Positions 61,996 to 64,000 of a DNA stretch of 64,000 nt are shown here, piece by piece. Every line of letters begins with the position of its first letter. Positions within the stretch are counted from its first letter, which is position 1. Under the pieces are notes generated by a model. That model was not told the DNA's origin. It ran no database searches and saw only the letters and a list, made by a program, of their open reading frames with translations. Source of the stretch: Amphiscolops sp. MND2022 (lineage: Eukaryota); NCBI GenBank assembly GCA_964187785.1, contig OZ076418.1, positions 19,964,001-20,028,000 of the forward strand. Direction: 5' to 3'. The position numbers and the translations under genes were made by a program.

Positions 61996-64000
61996 CTTCC
62001 TGAAGCAACCGAATCCGAAAAACATTAGGGCTCAAGATCTTATTCTAGCAAAAATGGAAGTAGTTAGACAGCATCAAGAAGACTCGTTCAGGAACGAAAT
62101 CAACAATTTGCTACATGAATCGGAAGAGCCCCGAAACAACAAACTGCTGAATCTTTCACCATTTTTTCGATGAAGAAACAAAAACACTACGAGTTGGAGG
62201 CAGACTGTCTCAAGGAAACTTCAGGGAAAGCAAGAAGTTTCCTTTCTTGCTCGAAAAAGATTCTCAACTCGCAATTTTGATCTTTCAGCATTTTCATGAC
62301 GCTACCCTTCATGGCGGGGGGCATCTGCCCTTGACTTCAAGCCGAGAAGAGTTCTGAAAACCAAATGGGAGAAAATTAGCGAGAAAGGCCATTAAACAGT
62401 GCGTCACTAGCAGCCGATTTGAAAACAAAGTACCAAATCAGTTGATGGCAGACCTTCCAGCAGAACAAATCACTGCATCCAAACCTTTTCAAACCTGTGG
62501 ACTTGATCTAGCAGGTCCAATCTTCACGAAGTCCAATCAGAGAACATATATCGCAATTTTTCGTCTGTTTTGTAATAAAAGCAGTCCATAATGAATTAGT
62601 CGAAGATCTGACGAAAGAAACCTGTATTTCAGCAAATACAAGGTTCATGTCCCGTCGCCCAAAAAGTTTGTGAGTGACAATGGACGTAACTTCATCGGGC
62701 CAGGAACGACAAGATCAAAGGCCAGCAACTTCTCGCGAATGAACCTAATGACAGATCAGTAGGTAACTTCATGGCTCATCAAGGAATCAAATAGGAAACC
62801 ATACCACCGCTCTCTCTTCTCATTTCGGAGGGCTGCGGGAAGCCGCTCTGAAGAGCATGAAGCGCCGTCTAAGACGAATAGTTGGACTACGCATTCTTTC
62901 AATTGGAGAATTGAACACATTGGTCATACAAATTGAGTCAATTTTGAATTCAAGACCCATTTCAGCTATATCGAACGACCCAATCGACTTGCAACCGATA
63001 ACACAAGCTCATTTCTTACTTGGCAGACAAGCATTTGACCTTACCAGTTCAGATATATCGAATAAAACAATATCATTACCACAACGATTCATGTTGCTCG
63101 AATGAATCAAAAACGACTTCTGGAAAACATGGTATGATGGAGATTACTTAGTAACCTTGCAAAGTAGAAAACGATGGCTTGTCTCGGGACCCAGCCTCGC
63201 GGAAGGTGATCTGGTTTAAATCGCTGGAGACAATTTACCACCCTTGAAATGACAGATGGCACGAAATGAAAAATTATACTCCGGAAACGACAACACTAGC
63301 AAAAGTTAAAACATCTGGGACATTTGACAGGTCTGTAGTAAAATTGCGCAAACTGCCCATTGATACGCCTTTGCCTGCTTCAGTTTCTGCTCAGACAACC
63401 ATGTCGACTTCAACTTCAAGAAGCGAAATTGAATAAATTAAATTATAAAATCAGTATTTCGCCTCAGTTTTCAAACAATAACAGTCCATAAAAAGTTTTC
63501 TAGAGCCAATATCAAAAATCCGGTATGTACAGGTCTCGGCACTGATCTGCTGAAGCCATTGGTGCTACCCGCGTTCTGATCGGATGGCTCAATTCTGACG
63601 GAGTTGATTTTAAATGCTCGCCACTTCCGAATTTATCCGCAACCTTCAAATTTATTTTGAACTCCCATCAAAACTCAATGACGTTACTCATAGAAAGTTG
63701 ATTTGAAGCGTAATTACAATTTCCTCTTCGCATGATTACTCATTACATTGAATCACTCTCTTCAACTCCATTCTAAAGTTGAAAATAGTTTGATATGACT
63801 CAATTTATCAGTGCCTCACTCTTGCAGTTCCACTTAATTATCGATTCGACTTTATTGTTCATGGTTGAAAGGACTTTACTACATTGCATCCAGAAAACAT
63901 TGAAGCTCTAGTGCTTGAAGGGGAGCGGAATGTTGAAGCTGAACAGTTCGTTGAGCCATGTATTTAACGACGGAAAAAGCTCTCCCGCGAATTTCAATTT
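61996..64000 (+). repeat. Tandem duplicate of 59582-61586 (offset 2414 bp): BEL 3' pol, 3' UTR, PPT and start of the short LTR
   Basis: Identical except for a few SNPs seen (60428 G vs 62842-region C in GCCGCT[G/C]TGAAG; CGGCA[T/C]TGAT); runs off the window end. Confidence 0.97.

Noticed and set aside
61955-61998. Calling a Helitron here
   Set aside because: Only a hairpin+CTAG end is present; the next base is A rather than the canonical T, and no 5' TC end or Rep/helicase was seen. Kept as a finding only.
1-64000. Prokaryotic defence or operon-type system, tRNA or rRNA genes
   Set aside because: None recognisable; the only tRNA-related sequence is the BEL primer-binding site.

Overview
Eukaryotic, AT-rich, TE-dense genomic DNA. 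The repeat style suggests an invertebrate, possibly an acoel such as Symsagittifera, but that is inference only. No rRNA, tRNA gene or CRISPR array was seen. The main element is an 11.2-kb endogenous Polinton/Maverick (adintovirus-like) copy at 338-11549. It has AGTAGT termini, ~1-kb TIRs, a 6-bp TSD and a nearly full but decayed virion gene set: adenain protease, penton, A32-like ATPase, integrase, a membrane-active-type protein, major capsid and protein-primed PolB. It is inserted in a Ty3/Gypsy pol gene, and its integrase is interrupted by a 0.5-kb MITE. Next come a decayed LINE, a hAT remnant, a ~5.5-kb decayed multi-ORF tract of unclear family, a 200-N gap and a truncated BEL/Pao element. 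Then a solo LTR (TSD ATAAT) contains an 11.8-kb Gypsy element with 1.5-kb ORF-bearing LTRs and long antisense ORFs. One probable host exon follows (trypsin-type protease with an acidic Tyr-rich tail). The window ends with a bounded BEL/Pao element (TSD CAATT, 233-bp and 82-bp LTRs) and a near-identical 2414-bp tandem duplication running off the end. The most unusual signals are: (i) GCGAAGC/CCTTCGG mini-hairpin cassettes clustered in, and apparently inserted in frame into, Polinton genes; (ii) Gypsy LTRs with a terminal hairpin and ~200 codons of ORF, plus antisense cargo ORFs; (iii) twin covarying hairpins in a BEL leader; (iv) a 44-bp hairpin/CTAG cassette shared by two otherwise different small elements. 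All alignments and translations beyond the supplied ORF track were done by eye.
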